Of a stretch of DNA of 64,000 bases, positions 38,937-51,458 are shown piece by piece (the first letter of the stretch is position 1; every line of letters begins with the position of its first letter). The stretch lies in assembly GCF_001194135.2 (NCBI RefSeq), contig NC_068999.1:52171590-52235589 (forward strand). The letters run 5' to 3'. Below the pieces are notes generated by a model that did not search any database, was not told the DNA's origin, and saw only the letters and a program-made list of their open reading frames with translations. A program made the translations under genes and the position numbers. This stretch comes from Octopus bimaculoides (taxonomy: Eukaryota).

Positions 38937-39236
38937 GGATCTTTTTTTATTATTTCTCTACTTTCTATTATATATCCTCTGTTGTCTTTTAATGTGGTAG
39001 GATCTCCCCTTGATCGATGTTAACACCACATGTTTTTGTAATTTTTGTTTTGTTCTGTTATTTTTTGTGTGCTATAACTCGTCCTTTGATACTGTCCCCC
39101 ATGTCTTTAACCCTTGTGGCCAATAAAAGAAATCATTATTATTATTGCTAGGAAAAGGTCAATTGACTTATTAGGTTTTGAATTAGTTGCCTTCATGAGA
39201 CAATCAGGTAAATGCAACTTATCTGCAACTTTGTCC

Positions 39237-39443
39237 TTAACCCTTTAGTATTCAGACTACTGTCAAATGTAATGCATATTTATTCATATTGTTTCAAACT
39301 AATCCTGCATCATCTTGTAACTTTGAGATTTCAATTATATGATTGCTTAGGGTAGGTTTGAGAGGCCAGATATAGCCAGTTTGAACATAAAACAAGTAGA
39401 ATATTAGGGCCAGATATGGCCAGTTTAAATTCTAAAGGGTTAA
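39237..39443. mobile_element. TTAA MITE family 1, full-length
   Basis: TTAACCCTTTAG...CTAAAGGGTTAA termini. Confidence 0.88.
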
Positions 39444-39476
39444 ATATAGTGAGTGATTCTTCAGCTAATGCTTTCA

Positions 39477-39515
<39 letters not shown>

Positions 39516-39836
39516 NNNNNNNNNNNNNNNNNNNNNNNNNNNNNNNNNNNNNNNNNNNNNNNNNNNNNNNNNNNNNNNNNNNNNNNNNNNNNNNNNNNNN
39601 NNNNNNNNNNNNNNNNNNNNNNNNNNNNNNNNNNNNNNNNNNNNNNNNNNNNNNNNNNNNNNNNNNNNNNNNNNNNNNNNNNNNNNNNNNNNNNNNNNNN
39701 NNNNNNNNNNNNNNNNNNNNNNNNNNNNNNNNNNNNNNNNNNNNNNNNNNNNNNNNNNNNNNNNNNNNNNNNNNNNNNNNNNNNNNNNNNNNNNNNNNNN
39801 NNNNNNNNNNNNNNNNNNNNNNNNNNNNNNNNNNNN

Positions 39837-39870
<34 letters not shown>

Positions 39871-40256
39871 TGGCCATTCATTGTGTTGGTGTGTGTATTC
39901 ATTCGTACCAGTAATTATTGGTTGTAGTAAATACTATAGTATTTTGTATATGTGCATTTACACATGTATGCATACATACCCCTCATACTCCTTTGTATTG
40001 GCCAGTGACCGGTTGTTTTCACATGTACTGATTATTGACCTGTGCTACTAGTTGTGTAGATTTAGTGACTGTTGCTACTTCTGTAATAGTCATTTAACCC
40101 TAAGTCACTTGCATTGCTAGTAATGTGTGTACTAGTACTTCACTATTGTCTTGTATTGGTACCAGTCATTTACTGCTTTACATTAGTATTAACCCCTATT
40201 TGTATTAGTGATAGTAACAGTTTCTGTTGACTGTTAAATTATAGTAGTAATAGTGA

Positions 40257-40590
40257 AGGTGCATGACTCAATGGTTAGAGTGTCAGGCTCACAATCATGA
40301 GGTAGTGAGTTTGATTCTTGGACCGGGCTGTGTGTTGTGTTCTTGAGCAAGACACTGTATTTCACGTTGCTCCAGTTCATTCAGATGTAGGAATGAGCTA
40401 CAGCATCACTGGTGCCAAGCTGTATTGGACCCTTTACCTTTCCCTTGGACAACATCGGTGGCATAGAGAGGGGAGGCTATGATGCATCGACAACTGCTGG
40501 TTTTCCATAAACAACCACCTTGCCTGGACCTGTGCCTCAGAGGGTAATTTTGTAGGTGCAATTCCATTGTCGTTCAAGACTGATGGGGGT
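40257..40590 (+). mobile_element. tRNA-derived SINE related to family C
   Basis: GGTGCATGACTCAATGGTTAGAGTG head and TTCTTGAGCAAGACACT core. Confidence 0.75.
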
Positions 40591-41260
40591 GGGTTGTAGC
40601 TAAACCCTATCCTTAGACCATGGGGTGGTTGTAGGTGGGGAGGCATGCCTTCTCAACTCTAGCGAAAATATCCCTTATAAGAAGTTGGGTACTTTAAATA
40701 AACTGACTGCAAACAAACATCTCTGCTTGTCTGACCAAAGTTTAACTGTTAATGTATGACGTCAAAACTAGATGCACACACAAACTTCTTTTCAGTATCC
40801 ATCTACCAAATTCCACTCACAAAAGGTGGTTGCTCCAGGGTTACAGATCAGAGAAGACACTTGCCCAAACTGCTGCACATTGGGATTGAACCCAATACCA
40901 CATGGCTGCAAAGCAAACCTCTTAAATCACACTGAATCATGCTGCCCCAAATTAAGTATCTGCCCAACCTATGGAAAATGGACGTAAATGAAAATACACA
41001 TTGTGTGTGTGTGTGTGTGTGTGTCTGTATGTGCATGATTATTTAGTTACATAGGCTAGTGGTACTAATTATAAAGATTTTTAACTTTGTCCCAAGACCT
41101 TACGAAATTGGCTCCAAGTTGTAAATGAAAAACAAGATGAACTCCAGAATGATGTGAACTCAGAATGTGGAGATGTAGCTGAATAATGCAAACTATTTCG
41201 TACACCAGCATTTTTGTCATCCAACTGCCCTAGCAGTACTAATAATAATGACCCTCCCTA

Positions 41261-41728
41261 TTTATAAGCACATGGCCTGAAATTTTGGCAGAGGGGCCGA
41301 CACGATTACATTGACCCTCAGTGCTTAACTGGTACTTATTTCATCGACCCTGAAAGGGTGAAAAGCAAAGTTAGCCTCAGCTGAATTTGAACTCAGAATG
41401 TAAAGATGAAGAAGTGTCGTTAAGCATTTTGTCCGACATGCTTACGATTCTGTCAGCTCACTGCTTTACTACTACAACTACTACTACTACTGATGATGAC
41501 GATGATGACAATCCTCTCCACTATAGGCACAAGGCCTGAAATTTTGCGGGAGGGGACTAGTTGATTACACCGACCCAAGTGTTTCACTGGTATCTTGATT
41601 TATCAACCCTGAAAGGATGAAAGGCAAAGTTGACTTCAGCAGAATTTGAACTTAGGACAAGGACAGACAAAATGCTGCTAAGCATCTTTGCCTGGTTTGC
41701 TGATTATTCTACCAGCTCGTCACCTTCA
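41261..41728 (-). mobile_element. Two tandem SINE family A copies (41261-41467, 41515-41728)
   Basis: Both contain the reverse complement of the GCCTTTCATCCTTTC core and end at (TAC)n/(GAT)n runs; the nearer copy is about 130 bp upstream of the giant-exon acceptor. Confidence 0.85.
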
Positions 41729-41855
41729 ACTAATAATGATAGTAATCTGTACATGTTCTGACTATTGACAGTTATGTATGAAAGTTTAAACAATTTATTC
41801 TATTTCCATTTAATTTGTTAACATGGAATTTTTTTTTTTTTTTTTGACTTTACAG

Positions 41856-44800
41856 ACCTTAGAGAATGGTGAAATGGTATTGTTGCCTCAGACAAATCTA
41901 CACCAAAGCTACCAGCAGCAACAGCAACCTCAAGATAACACTGTCTTACTCTCAGGAACACCTAATAATCAAGAACTGATTAAGGATTATTTTCATGATA
42001 GCCTGCCCAGCAGTTGCTGCTGCTCACATGTCTATTCTCAGAAAACTTCCTCATTTGGTAACGCTACTCAAAGACGTCCAGAATTCTGTGAGGCTATAAT
42101 GAAGTCAAGTTGTAGTGGTACTATTTCTACTAGTATTACTAGTAGTAGTAGTATTAGTAGTAGTAGCAGTGGTGGCAATATTAGTAATTCAATGTCTAAT
42201 CATGTACTTCAAATGGATTCTAATTCAAAGAGTACCAACGAATTTCTCAGTCTAGCACCAAACAGTATAAGTTCTCTGGAGACTTGTGGAGGCATGTACT
42301 GTGATTGCCCAATGAGTGCTTGCCAAGATATCTATTGTGATGGTTCGATATGCAGTTGTCAGAACATGAATTGTGATAGTGCCATGAGTGCATGCCAGGA
42401 TGTTCATTTTAGTAGTTCAATGAATATTTGTTGTCGTGACATGTCTTGTAGCAGCTTTGCACCTCCAAACTTAAAGTGTCAAGGACAAATGATGCTTCCT
42501 AAACCAAATGCTTATGAAAGAAATTCCTACAAGAGCAATCAACCATTATCTAATGTTAATTCTAGCAAGGCCCAGGCCAATAGATTCTGGGATAAAAGAA
42601 CATCTTTACAAACTCAAAAAGTCCCAAATACTTTTATATATGATTTATCATACAACAATGTAAATGAACAAATGGATAAGTGTATGGCTGTTAAAAGTGA
42701 AGACAATGAAAAGCTAATTTACTCTGACAAAAACCAAATTTGGCAATATACAACATGCCACCAGACTTTCCCATCAATTAAACATCAAAACAAAAATCCA
42801 AACTGTTGCTCTTTTCAAAATTCCCCAAACTCCATGCTTAAAGTAGAAAAATCAAAAATGTGGAATTGTGCTCACCAACCCCTCTCTGAAAATTTTGTCT
42901 ATCAAGAACAACTTTGTAAAGCTTGTAACCCAACTATGGAATCTCAAGAAATAAGTGGTTCCATGCCAGCTATTAACTATTTACACACAAATATGAAATC
43001 AAGAAGGCCTGTGAATAATATGATTTGTAAGAGTTCAGCTGATTTAGTACCATCTCAAAAATATATGCACAATGGTCAACTTTTTTTCAATTCTGCCACC
43101 ACTACTTCTACTAGTACTCTTACCACCACTTCTACCATCACAATGACAGCAACCACATACACCACTGCTACCACCACCACCACTGCTGCCTCCAGTAACT
43201 CCTTCTCACCTCATTGCTGTTCCTCCTGTTCTGTTCAACCTCTTAACTATAAATTATTTCCACCTAAAACTTCGGAATGTTCAACAACTGAAGTAGTTGA
43301 CAGCAAAGTCTCATTACAATATGACCAACATTCTGTGATAAGCTTCATGTCTTCAGACTCCGAGAGTGATAACATGACTTGGTCAGCTAGTGAAGGAGGG
43401 AAAGAAGAGATGAACAAATCAAACAGTTCAGGTCGCAGCCTCCCAAGTCCACCTGTCTTCAAGAATGTTTCAGAGGCATTACATCGATTACCAGAAAGTC
43501 CTAAGGTGCCTTTGGTGTGCATGGAAGATGTTATTGTTATAGACTCCTCTCCTGGAAGTGATAGTTCTTCAAATGACACCCCAAATAATTCAAATACATT
43601 AAATAGTTCTGTCAAACCCCCAACTTCACAGCAGCAGTCTTTTAGAGCAAAGACAACTACGAACCCGAAATCAGTTAAAAAATTGTGTTTTGATGGAGAA
43701 AAATGTGAAAGCCAGTTTTCTAAGAATTCTAAAGAGAGTTCTAAAAATCACAGATCTCAAGAAATAACGAAAGAAAATCCAGCAAATTCTACAAGCAAAA
43801 CGTCAGCATCACGCTCAAGTCAGAAAAATTCCATTATAAATAATAAACCCAATCCAGTCTTTTCAAGGAGTAACAGAATTCGTTCACCAAGCATCCGTTA
43901 CAAGGATGATGTCTTGTCTTTTCCTTTAGTCTTTCCTAGTCGTTCAAGTCAGTCAGCTTCAAATAGAGTGAGTGAAATTGTACAGAAGTCCAGAGTGACC
44001 AATCGACGACGCCAATCAGATTTGGAAAAAGTTAAAGAGAAATCATCTGTGAAACCAGATGAAACAGTAACTTCCAAAAATTTAAAACGTCAAACAAAAT
44101 ATACTCCAGATACTAAATCTACCAGTTTACCTTTAGATCGGAGGAAAATGCTGCGGTCTTCAAATAAAGTAGAGGAAAAATCTCCAGTTAAATTGGAGAA
44201 AGATATCAAAATAGATGATAAAAATCCTGTACAAAATAAGGAAGTAGTTTTGAAACAGGAGCAGGAAGATCAAGTGGAATTTAAACAACCTGAAAATTTG
44301 CTAAATAAGATCTCACCATCTCTTCAAAATGAAGATGGATCTGATAAGTGTCACCAAGCAGTAGAATCTCCACCTAAGATTGTGGTGCAATCACACAAGG
44401 TCAACAAACCATGTAGTTTTGAAGACAGAGCAAAGAAACTTCATACAGCCACTGCATCAACTTGCCATACTAAAACGGAAAGAAAGCACAATTCTCATAA
44501 CACTGCCACAACAACGTCTTTTACTAGCAACCAAATTCAGCCATCAACTAGTTCTGTAACTGCCAATTTTCCTTCAACCGTTAATACAGTCATTAGAGAG
44601 CCATTACCTCTTAGTATTTTATCAAGACCAGAAAAAGCAATATCCGAATGTAAAAAAAATTCTGCGTTTGTAAGCTCTGAATTGGACAGGTATCTTGCCG
44701 GAGAAGCTGAGTCAATTAATTCAAATGTGGATTTATCCTTTTCAAAAAATAAAGCGATTCTTCCCAAAAGTGGGCCATTTTTACCAACCAAAACAACTCC

Positions 44801-46397
44801 TTTCTGTGATAAAACTTACGCTTTTGAAGGTAATGAAAAGTCAAATGAGAAAACTCTTCAAAAGACAACTGGCATTGTTTATAATACAAGAAGTAAATGT
44901 AGCAGTAGTTCTGTTGCTGTCCACGATAGTGATAAGATTATTGTTGATAATCATCTTCATGTTGATGTTTTTGATATGGATAATGACGCAAATGATAAAA
45001 CTGGTAATGTTACTAACGATAATAGAGATAATGTTAACAAAAATACTGGCAATATTATAAATGATAATCCTGATTATGTTACAAATGGAAATAATGATAA
45101 TGTTACAAATGATAATTCCAATATTGTTACAAATAAAATTACTGTTAATTTTACAAATGATAATGTTACAAACGATAATAACTTTAGTGTTACTAATGAT
45201 TATAATGATAATGTTATTAGTGATAATATCGATAATGTTACGAACAATTACACTGATAATGTTTGTAATGATAATATCGACATTGGCAATGTTAATGTTA
45301 AGGATACTGTTAATAATTCTGTTAATAATAATACTGTTAACAAAACTTATGATAATAATAATAATAATAGAGAAAACAATCATAACAATGATAATGCTGA
45401 AAGATTATCATTGCCATGTAATAGTTCAGTGAAAGATAGAGTCGATTCAAGTGTTAATGAAACCAAGGCAGGTAATTCATTTAGTTCAGTATATAGCAAT
45501 CACCTGATTGAGTTGACTGCTGTAAGTAAAAAGATTTCAGCTAACAATTTACCTGAATCTAGTCAGTCCAAGTCATACTCTTCAGGGACTTCAAGTCTGT
45601 ACGAACCAGACTTTGATGAAGTTGATGGCATTTTGTTTATGTCCTTCCCATCTGAGGAATCTTTACAGGCTCACATTGCTGTTGAACGTAAGGATAATTG
45701 GGAATCTACTACTGGTCATATGTCTAGTATTTCTAATATTCTCAGTTTCCATCGCTGGAAGGAAACTCATCAAGAGGAGAAGTTTCCTAGGCCAGCATTC
45801 GACAAAAACATGAACCTTCGGGGCTTACACATGCGATTAAAAAGATACTGCAAACTTCTACGGTCTGAATGGCTCAAAATTAAACAGAAGAATTTAACCA
45901 GAAATAACCACAGAAAAGCTTTCAAGTTCAGTCGATTCCAGATGGCCACAAGAAGCAAGAGATGGACCAGGACTAATAGTGCTCTTTGTGCAGGCAGGAG
46001 CATAACATCGCGGAACAAAACTGCTGGTAAATTTCAAAAACTTCACTGGCGAACAGAAGCTCGGCTTCTTCGAGGTTTGAAACCGGAAGAAGTCCGACAA
46101 ATGGGAATGAAGAAGAAACGTAGAAAGAAGTTCATTTTTACTCACCGCAAGGGTTGCAAAAGACAGGATGCTTCCGGAAATGAGGACTCTGATAGTGGCA
46201 GTAGCAAGAATTCTATGGAAGAAGATGCTGTTAGCCATACTTCAGTAGTAAAAGAGGTGAAGGAAGTGAAATGTGGAAAGAATGGTTACATCCATCCTAT
46301 GCGCAGCTGTTGTAGGAAAGAGAAGGTGGTATCAGTTGAAGAGAAGATGTCAAAAGCTGTTAGAAGTTGTAAATCTCATTCTGATGAAGAAAAACCT
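41856..46397 (+). CDS. Giant 4,542-nt coding exon of an uncharacterised, largely low-complexity, probably nuclear protein
   Basis: 1528-codon ORF in AT-rich DNA. Poly-T acceptor ...ttttgactttacag at 41855 and donor CCT|GTAAGT at 46398, phase 0-0. No family motif I can recognise. Confidence 0.93.
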
Positions 46398-46539
46398 GTA
46401 AGTATATGATGCCTTTTCCATAATTCCCCTCACGTATACATATGAACGTCCATACATACCACTTTGCCAAACTCTCTCCCTACTACATGCACACACACAC
46501 ACACACACACACACACTCTCTCATTCTGTTTCAGTTGTT

Positions 46540-46862
46540 GACTGTCGCTGAGGTACTGCTTTGATGAGTTTAGTTGAACAAATGAACCCCAGTACTTTGT
46601 TTCTTTTAGTCTGGTGCCTGTTTTATTGGTTTCTTTTGCCATACTGCTATGGTATGAGAATGTACAAGTAATGGGGGCACAAACACAGACATATATACAC
46701 ATCCACACGTGTGTGTGCATGCACACTCACACACACAGACATGATGCGCTTCACAAGGCATTGGTTTACCCAGGGCTAGAAAACATTTGCTCAAGGTGTC
46801 ATGCAGTGGGCCTGAAACAAGCCTTGTGATTGCAAAGTGAACTTCTTCAGTAAACAGCCATG
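46540..46862 (-). mobile_element. SINE family B copy
   Basis: Reverse tail and head. Confidence 0.75.
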
Positions 46863-47189
46863 CTAGTAATATATAAATATTTACACATGTATGTTACTGG
46901 GTCAGGACTAAAAGAGGAATGAAAGGGGTCCATAAGTAAAAAAAATGGTTGAGAACCACTGCACTATCATAAGTAATAGCAACTCAATAGTTATTACATA
47001 TTTTGTTTGTTTCTAATCTTGAGCTTGAAACAGTCCTTTTATTGACTTGGATGAAGTTCACTGTGTATATATACAGTGTATATATATACAATCCTTACAT
47101 GACATGCATGAGTGTTAGTGATGCCCTTATAACTTGATGAGTTGCAGGTTATCAGTGAAGTGGTCCTTTTTTAAAGGGCATATTTATTT

Positions 47190-47350
47190 GCAGCCATGGA
47201 TGTGTGGTTAAGAAGCTTGTTTCCCAACCACATGGTTTCAGATTTAGTCCCACTCTGCAGTGCTTTGGACATGTTTTCTACTATAACCCAAGCCAACCAA
47301 AGCTTTGTGAGTGGATTTCATAGAAGGAAACTGAAAGAAGCCCATCATAA
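47190..47350 (+). mobile_element. SINE family B head
   Basis: GCCATGGATGTGTGGTTAAGAAGCTTG...CCCAACCACATGG. Confidence 0.78.
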
Positions 47351-48155
47351 TAGATATATATGTGTGTGTGAGTATGTTTGTGTCTTTTTGTCTTGACATG
47401 GTGTGATTGTTGTAAATTAATATCATTCATTTCTCATATTTGGCAAAAGCATGTTTTGTTATGGGGAAAATATGACCTTGCTTGGAAACAGATGAGGATT
47501 AACCACAAGAAGGGTATCCAACCATGGACAATCTACCTCAATAAACTGCATCCAACTCATGCAATCAATAGCAAGGCTGATGTTAAAACAATGATAGATT
47601 GATTTGTGTATGACACATGCTTTCCCCTACAGATTTTTGTACCTAATTATAAGGTTGCATGCATTATATTTGTAAGAAGTATTCCCCACTCCTTTTTTAT
47701 ATTTATTTATCCAGTCAAGTGTGCCACGATATTCAGGATGGTATGACAGAAGTAGATTAGTTATGTTGTCCAAGCTAACTGATGTGTAATGAGGAGTTAT
47801 GATCATTATAATAATGTTAAATTTTTCTTTTTGTCATAGTAATAACGCTTAGCTCAGTTGGCTGGCAAGTCTCATTAAATTATTACCTTCAGCTTTCAAT
47901 ATAGAGGGCCAGAATGTAATATTACCTTTATTGAAAAGTACTACTTGAATTATTTAACATGAAGATTAAATTAATGCTTTGTTTTTGTACTCGGTTTGCA
48001 AGATTCTTTATGTGAATTTGTGTATTGAAACAAATTTTGTTGTTGTCTTGGGAGAGTTGTAACGCCAATATTAATAGCACATGCACTGGTTCAGTTCCAC
48101 TCCATTATTAGTCAATTGTTTAAATATCCATCCAATTAACTAATCAATTGTCTGT

Positions 48156-48380
48156 TTAACCCTTTAGCATTCAGATTACTCTGTCAAATTTAATACTTGT
48201 TCTCATTGTTTTGAATTAATCATGCATTATCTTATAACTTCAAGATTTCAATGATGTAATTGTTTAGTTTTAAGAATGACATTGTAGAGTAAGTATGAGA
48301 GGTCAGATCTGGCCAGTTTGAACATAGAACTAGTAGACTTTTTGGCCTGGATATGGCTGGTTTAAATACTAAAGAGTTAA
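48156..48380. mobile_element. TTAA MITE family 1, full-length; another copy at 48997-49213
   Basis: TTAACCCTTTAGCATTCAG...CTAAAGAGTTAA. Confidence 0.88.
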
Positions 48381-49751
48381 CTTAGTTAAACAATCTTTTT
48401 TTTTTTTTTTTTTTTTTTTTTGTTCATCAGGCAAACAAACACGGCTTCTGTAACTAAGTGGGAGAAATATACTGAAAAGGTTACAGATGGCAAAGAAAGA
48501 ACTTTGATGAACAAAAAAGACAAAAAAAAAAGATTGCTTAACCAACTAGTTAAACGATTGATTAGTTAACAGTTGACTAATAATAGAGGAGTGAAATTGA
48601 ATCTGTGTGTGTGTTATTAATATTGGGGTAGTGTCTCTCTCAAGACACAGCATAAATTAATAAATTTAATCAATAAATGTAAATATAAATTGAGGAAGAA
48701 CATTCTTTAATTATCTTTTATTTGCTTCATTCATTGGACTGCAGCCGTACCAGAGCATCATCACCTTGAAGGTTTTAGTCAAACAAGTCAAAAGACCAGC
48801 TTTGTCCCATTCTGCATCAAGCTGAATCTCCTTGAGAATCACATTAAGGGTACACGTGTCTGTGGAGTGCTCAGCCACTTGCATGTTAATTTCATGAGCA
48901 GGCTGTTCCGTTGATCGGTTCATCTGGAACTTTTGTCATTGTAGCTGACACAGCGCCAGTTAGTATATACATTTCTATTGAATGAACAAAAGTATTTTAA
49001 CTCTTTAACATTCAGATTACTTTGTCAAATTTTACAATGCTTATTTATTCACATTGTTCTAAAGTAATCTTGCATTATCTCACATGTAGCTTTGTATATT
49101 TTTAGAATGATGTTGTATGGTATGTGCGAGAGGCCAAATCTGGCTGGTTTTGACCATAAAATCAAGTAAAATATTTGGGCTTGATATGGCCTGTTTCGAT
49201 GCTAATGGGTCAAATGGAAATGTTTATATTGTTATATTCTGCATTCGCCTTTTCATCCTTCCACACTGGTATCTTATCGCTTGTTGACTTTACAGCCTAC
49301 AGGAAAGTTCAAAGGTCACTTCTGAATTTGTTTGTCTTTAGAAGTCATGAACTTTTCCAATGTATTTTAAAAGGACTAAACAGTTTTGTTTATGCATCCT
49401 AATACGTTTTTAAAAAATGTATTTTATACACAAGATTTTTTTCCTGAGATTTAGCAGCTCAAATTTGTAGTGCTTATTTATACACAAATGTATGTTATAT
49501 GCAAATAAATTTGGTTAAAGGTGGGTCAGTGTGTTCTCAAACACGTGCTAATATATGCTTCATTTAACTTGTTTACATTGACAACTCTCACAAAATGTTG
49601 TTAAGTTAAGCTTTCTTACAGACATAGAGTAGTTCAGAGGGAGACAAGTTTTGCTTTGCTTTTTTTTTTCATAAAATATAAACCAAGATAGTTTTCTAAC
49701 AATACTGGTTTATTAATCTTGTTTTTAATGAGTTTATTATATTTCTTGCAG

Positions 49752-49818
49752 GTCATTGAAAAATCAGCTCATTTGTTGTATCAGTCAGATGAAATGCATG
49801 CCATTAGGAAACTTGGAG
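49752..49818 (+). CDS. Coding exon (VIEKSAHLLYQSDEMHAIRKLG, phase 0 to 1)
   Basis: Acceptor atatttcttgcag and donor GAG|GTAAAT; phase matches both neighbouring exons. Confidence 0.8.
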
Positions 49819-50432
49819 GTAAATCTTTGTGCTTTCTCTTCTCTTTCATTTAAATATAAAAAGATCCTTAATAGCTTATTAGTATTGTGCCCCTTTTTTT
49901 ACTGTGATTTGTATTCTACACAAAGAAACTGTTTTGTTTTGCTGCATTCAGAATCTGTATTTATTTTCTAAGCTAACCATTGTGAAATACTTAGGATCTC
50001 TTTGGTGACCATATTAAAACACTTATCTTTTCTGTACCATTGTAAATTTGGATAAAATGTGACGTTTGATAGGACTAAATAGTTTGGCAAAAGCTTTCAG
50101 TTTTAAACGAAATAAAGGAACGGAGTTCTGTGATGTTTATTATGCTTTGTCATGGGTATTGGCAAGGACATAGAGGCATAAACATAAAATTTCATTGGTT
50201 TATTAAGAAACGTTTGTTGTTATCAAATATTTTAGGCATGCTTTCTATAATGCCCTCCATAATGCCAAACCATTTTACAGAGTGTATGTTACCTTGTGCT
50301 TTTTACATGGCACCAGCACCAAAATAGATGTTGATAATTAGATACATGTACACACATTTGAAAATATAAATTTTGTTATGGTTTTATATATTACCATACA
50401 GTAATGAGGACTTGCATTCACAATTTGCTTTA

Positions 50433-50970
50433 TTAACCCTTTAGCATTTAATCTGGCCATATCCAACCCAAATATTCTGTACATTTTAAGTTCAAACTGG
50501 CTGTGTCTAACCTCTCACACCTACCCTAAGATGTCATTCTAAAAATAAACAATCACATGATCAAAGTCCTGAAACTATGAGATGATGCATGATTGATTCA
50601 AAAAATGTCATTTGACAGGAAAAAGATTAACCATGAGCTGTTAATGGAGCTTGGTTTTGTTGGAGAAACCATGCGAAACAAGACTGGAGTCTGGTGCAGC
50701 CCTTCAGCTTACCAGCCATGGTCAAACCATCCAATCCATGCCAGCATGGACAACGGGCATTAAATGATGTTGATGATACTCTGTCAAATTTAATGCGTAT
50801 TTCTTTACATTGTTTTGAATTATGCATTATCTTGTAGTTTTCAGATTTTGGTGGTGCCATTGTTTATTTTTACAATGACATTATAGGGTAGGTGTGAGAG
50901 GCCAGTTTGAACGTAAAACACAGTAGAATATTTTGGCTGGATACAGCGGGATTAAATGCTAAACGGTTAA
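50433..50970. mobile_element. Two oppositely oriented TTAA MITE family 1 copies (50433-50630 and 50775-50970)
   Basis: The first reads as the reverse complement of the second over most of its length. Confidence 0.8.
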
Positions 50971-51006
50971 TGCCTATCCTGTTTATTTGCTCAAGGAATA
51001 TCCCTG

Positions 51007-51037
<31 letters not shown>

Positions 51038-51207
51038 TGTCTCACATACGCACAGATATGAACAAATAATAAATAACTGCATGGGCAGTACACATACATA
51101 CACACTCAGACACATAAAGAAGAGTGTTTCTAAAATGAAATTGTTTTTGATTTGATATAAAGTAAAGATTAGCCATGAGATGTTGATGGAGCTTGTTTTT
51201 GTTGTAG

Positions 51208-51458
51208 AATTTGAGCTGAATGAACCTTCAATACGGAAAAGGACAAGAAGTCAGGTAGAATATTTCAAAGACCAACAAACAAAGAACCAACGTCCCAATA
51301 ATAGTCTGCCGCTGACTACTTTTACTCAAAGTATGGCCCAGGCAGCCACATCAGCTCTCCATGACAACTTCATCAGAAAGAATGGTTCTGCTGCCACATT
51401 GGCTGCTTTCTCTGATGGCAAACACGACACAGATATGTTCACACAGGTGGACTCTGTG
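51208..51458 (+). CDS. Coding exon (EFELNEPSIRKRTRS...FTQVDSV, phase 1 to 0)
   Basis: Acceptor cttgtttttgttgtag and donor GTG|GTATGT; 251 nt open. Confidence 0.82.

Noticed and set aside
44841-45432. Ile-rich antisense ORF (180 aa) and Ile/Met-rich alternate-frame ORFs overlapping the giant exon
   Set aside because: Shadows of the AAT/GAT-rich repeat, which lacks stops in other frames.
43247-46238. Other antisense ORFs (43247-43615, 44537-44791, 45770-46018, 45894-46238)
   Set aside because: Expected by-products of a long coding strand; no independent splice or motif support.
41856-46397. Assigning the giant-exon protein to a known chromatin gene (e.g. a SET, PHD or bromodomain family)
   Set aside because: No SET, PHD, bromo, chromo or zinc-finger signature is visible in any predicted exon, so no gene symbol is given.
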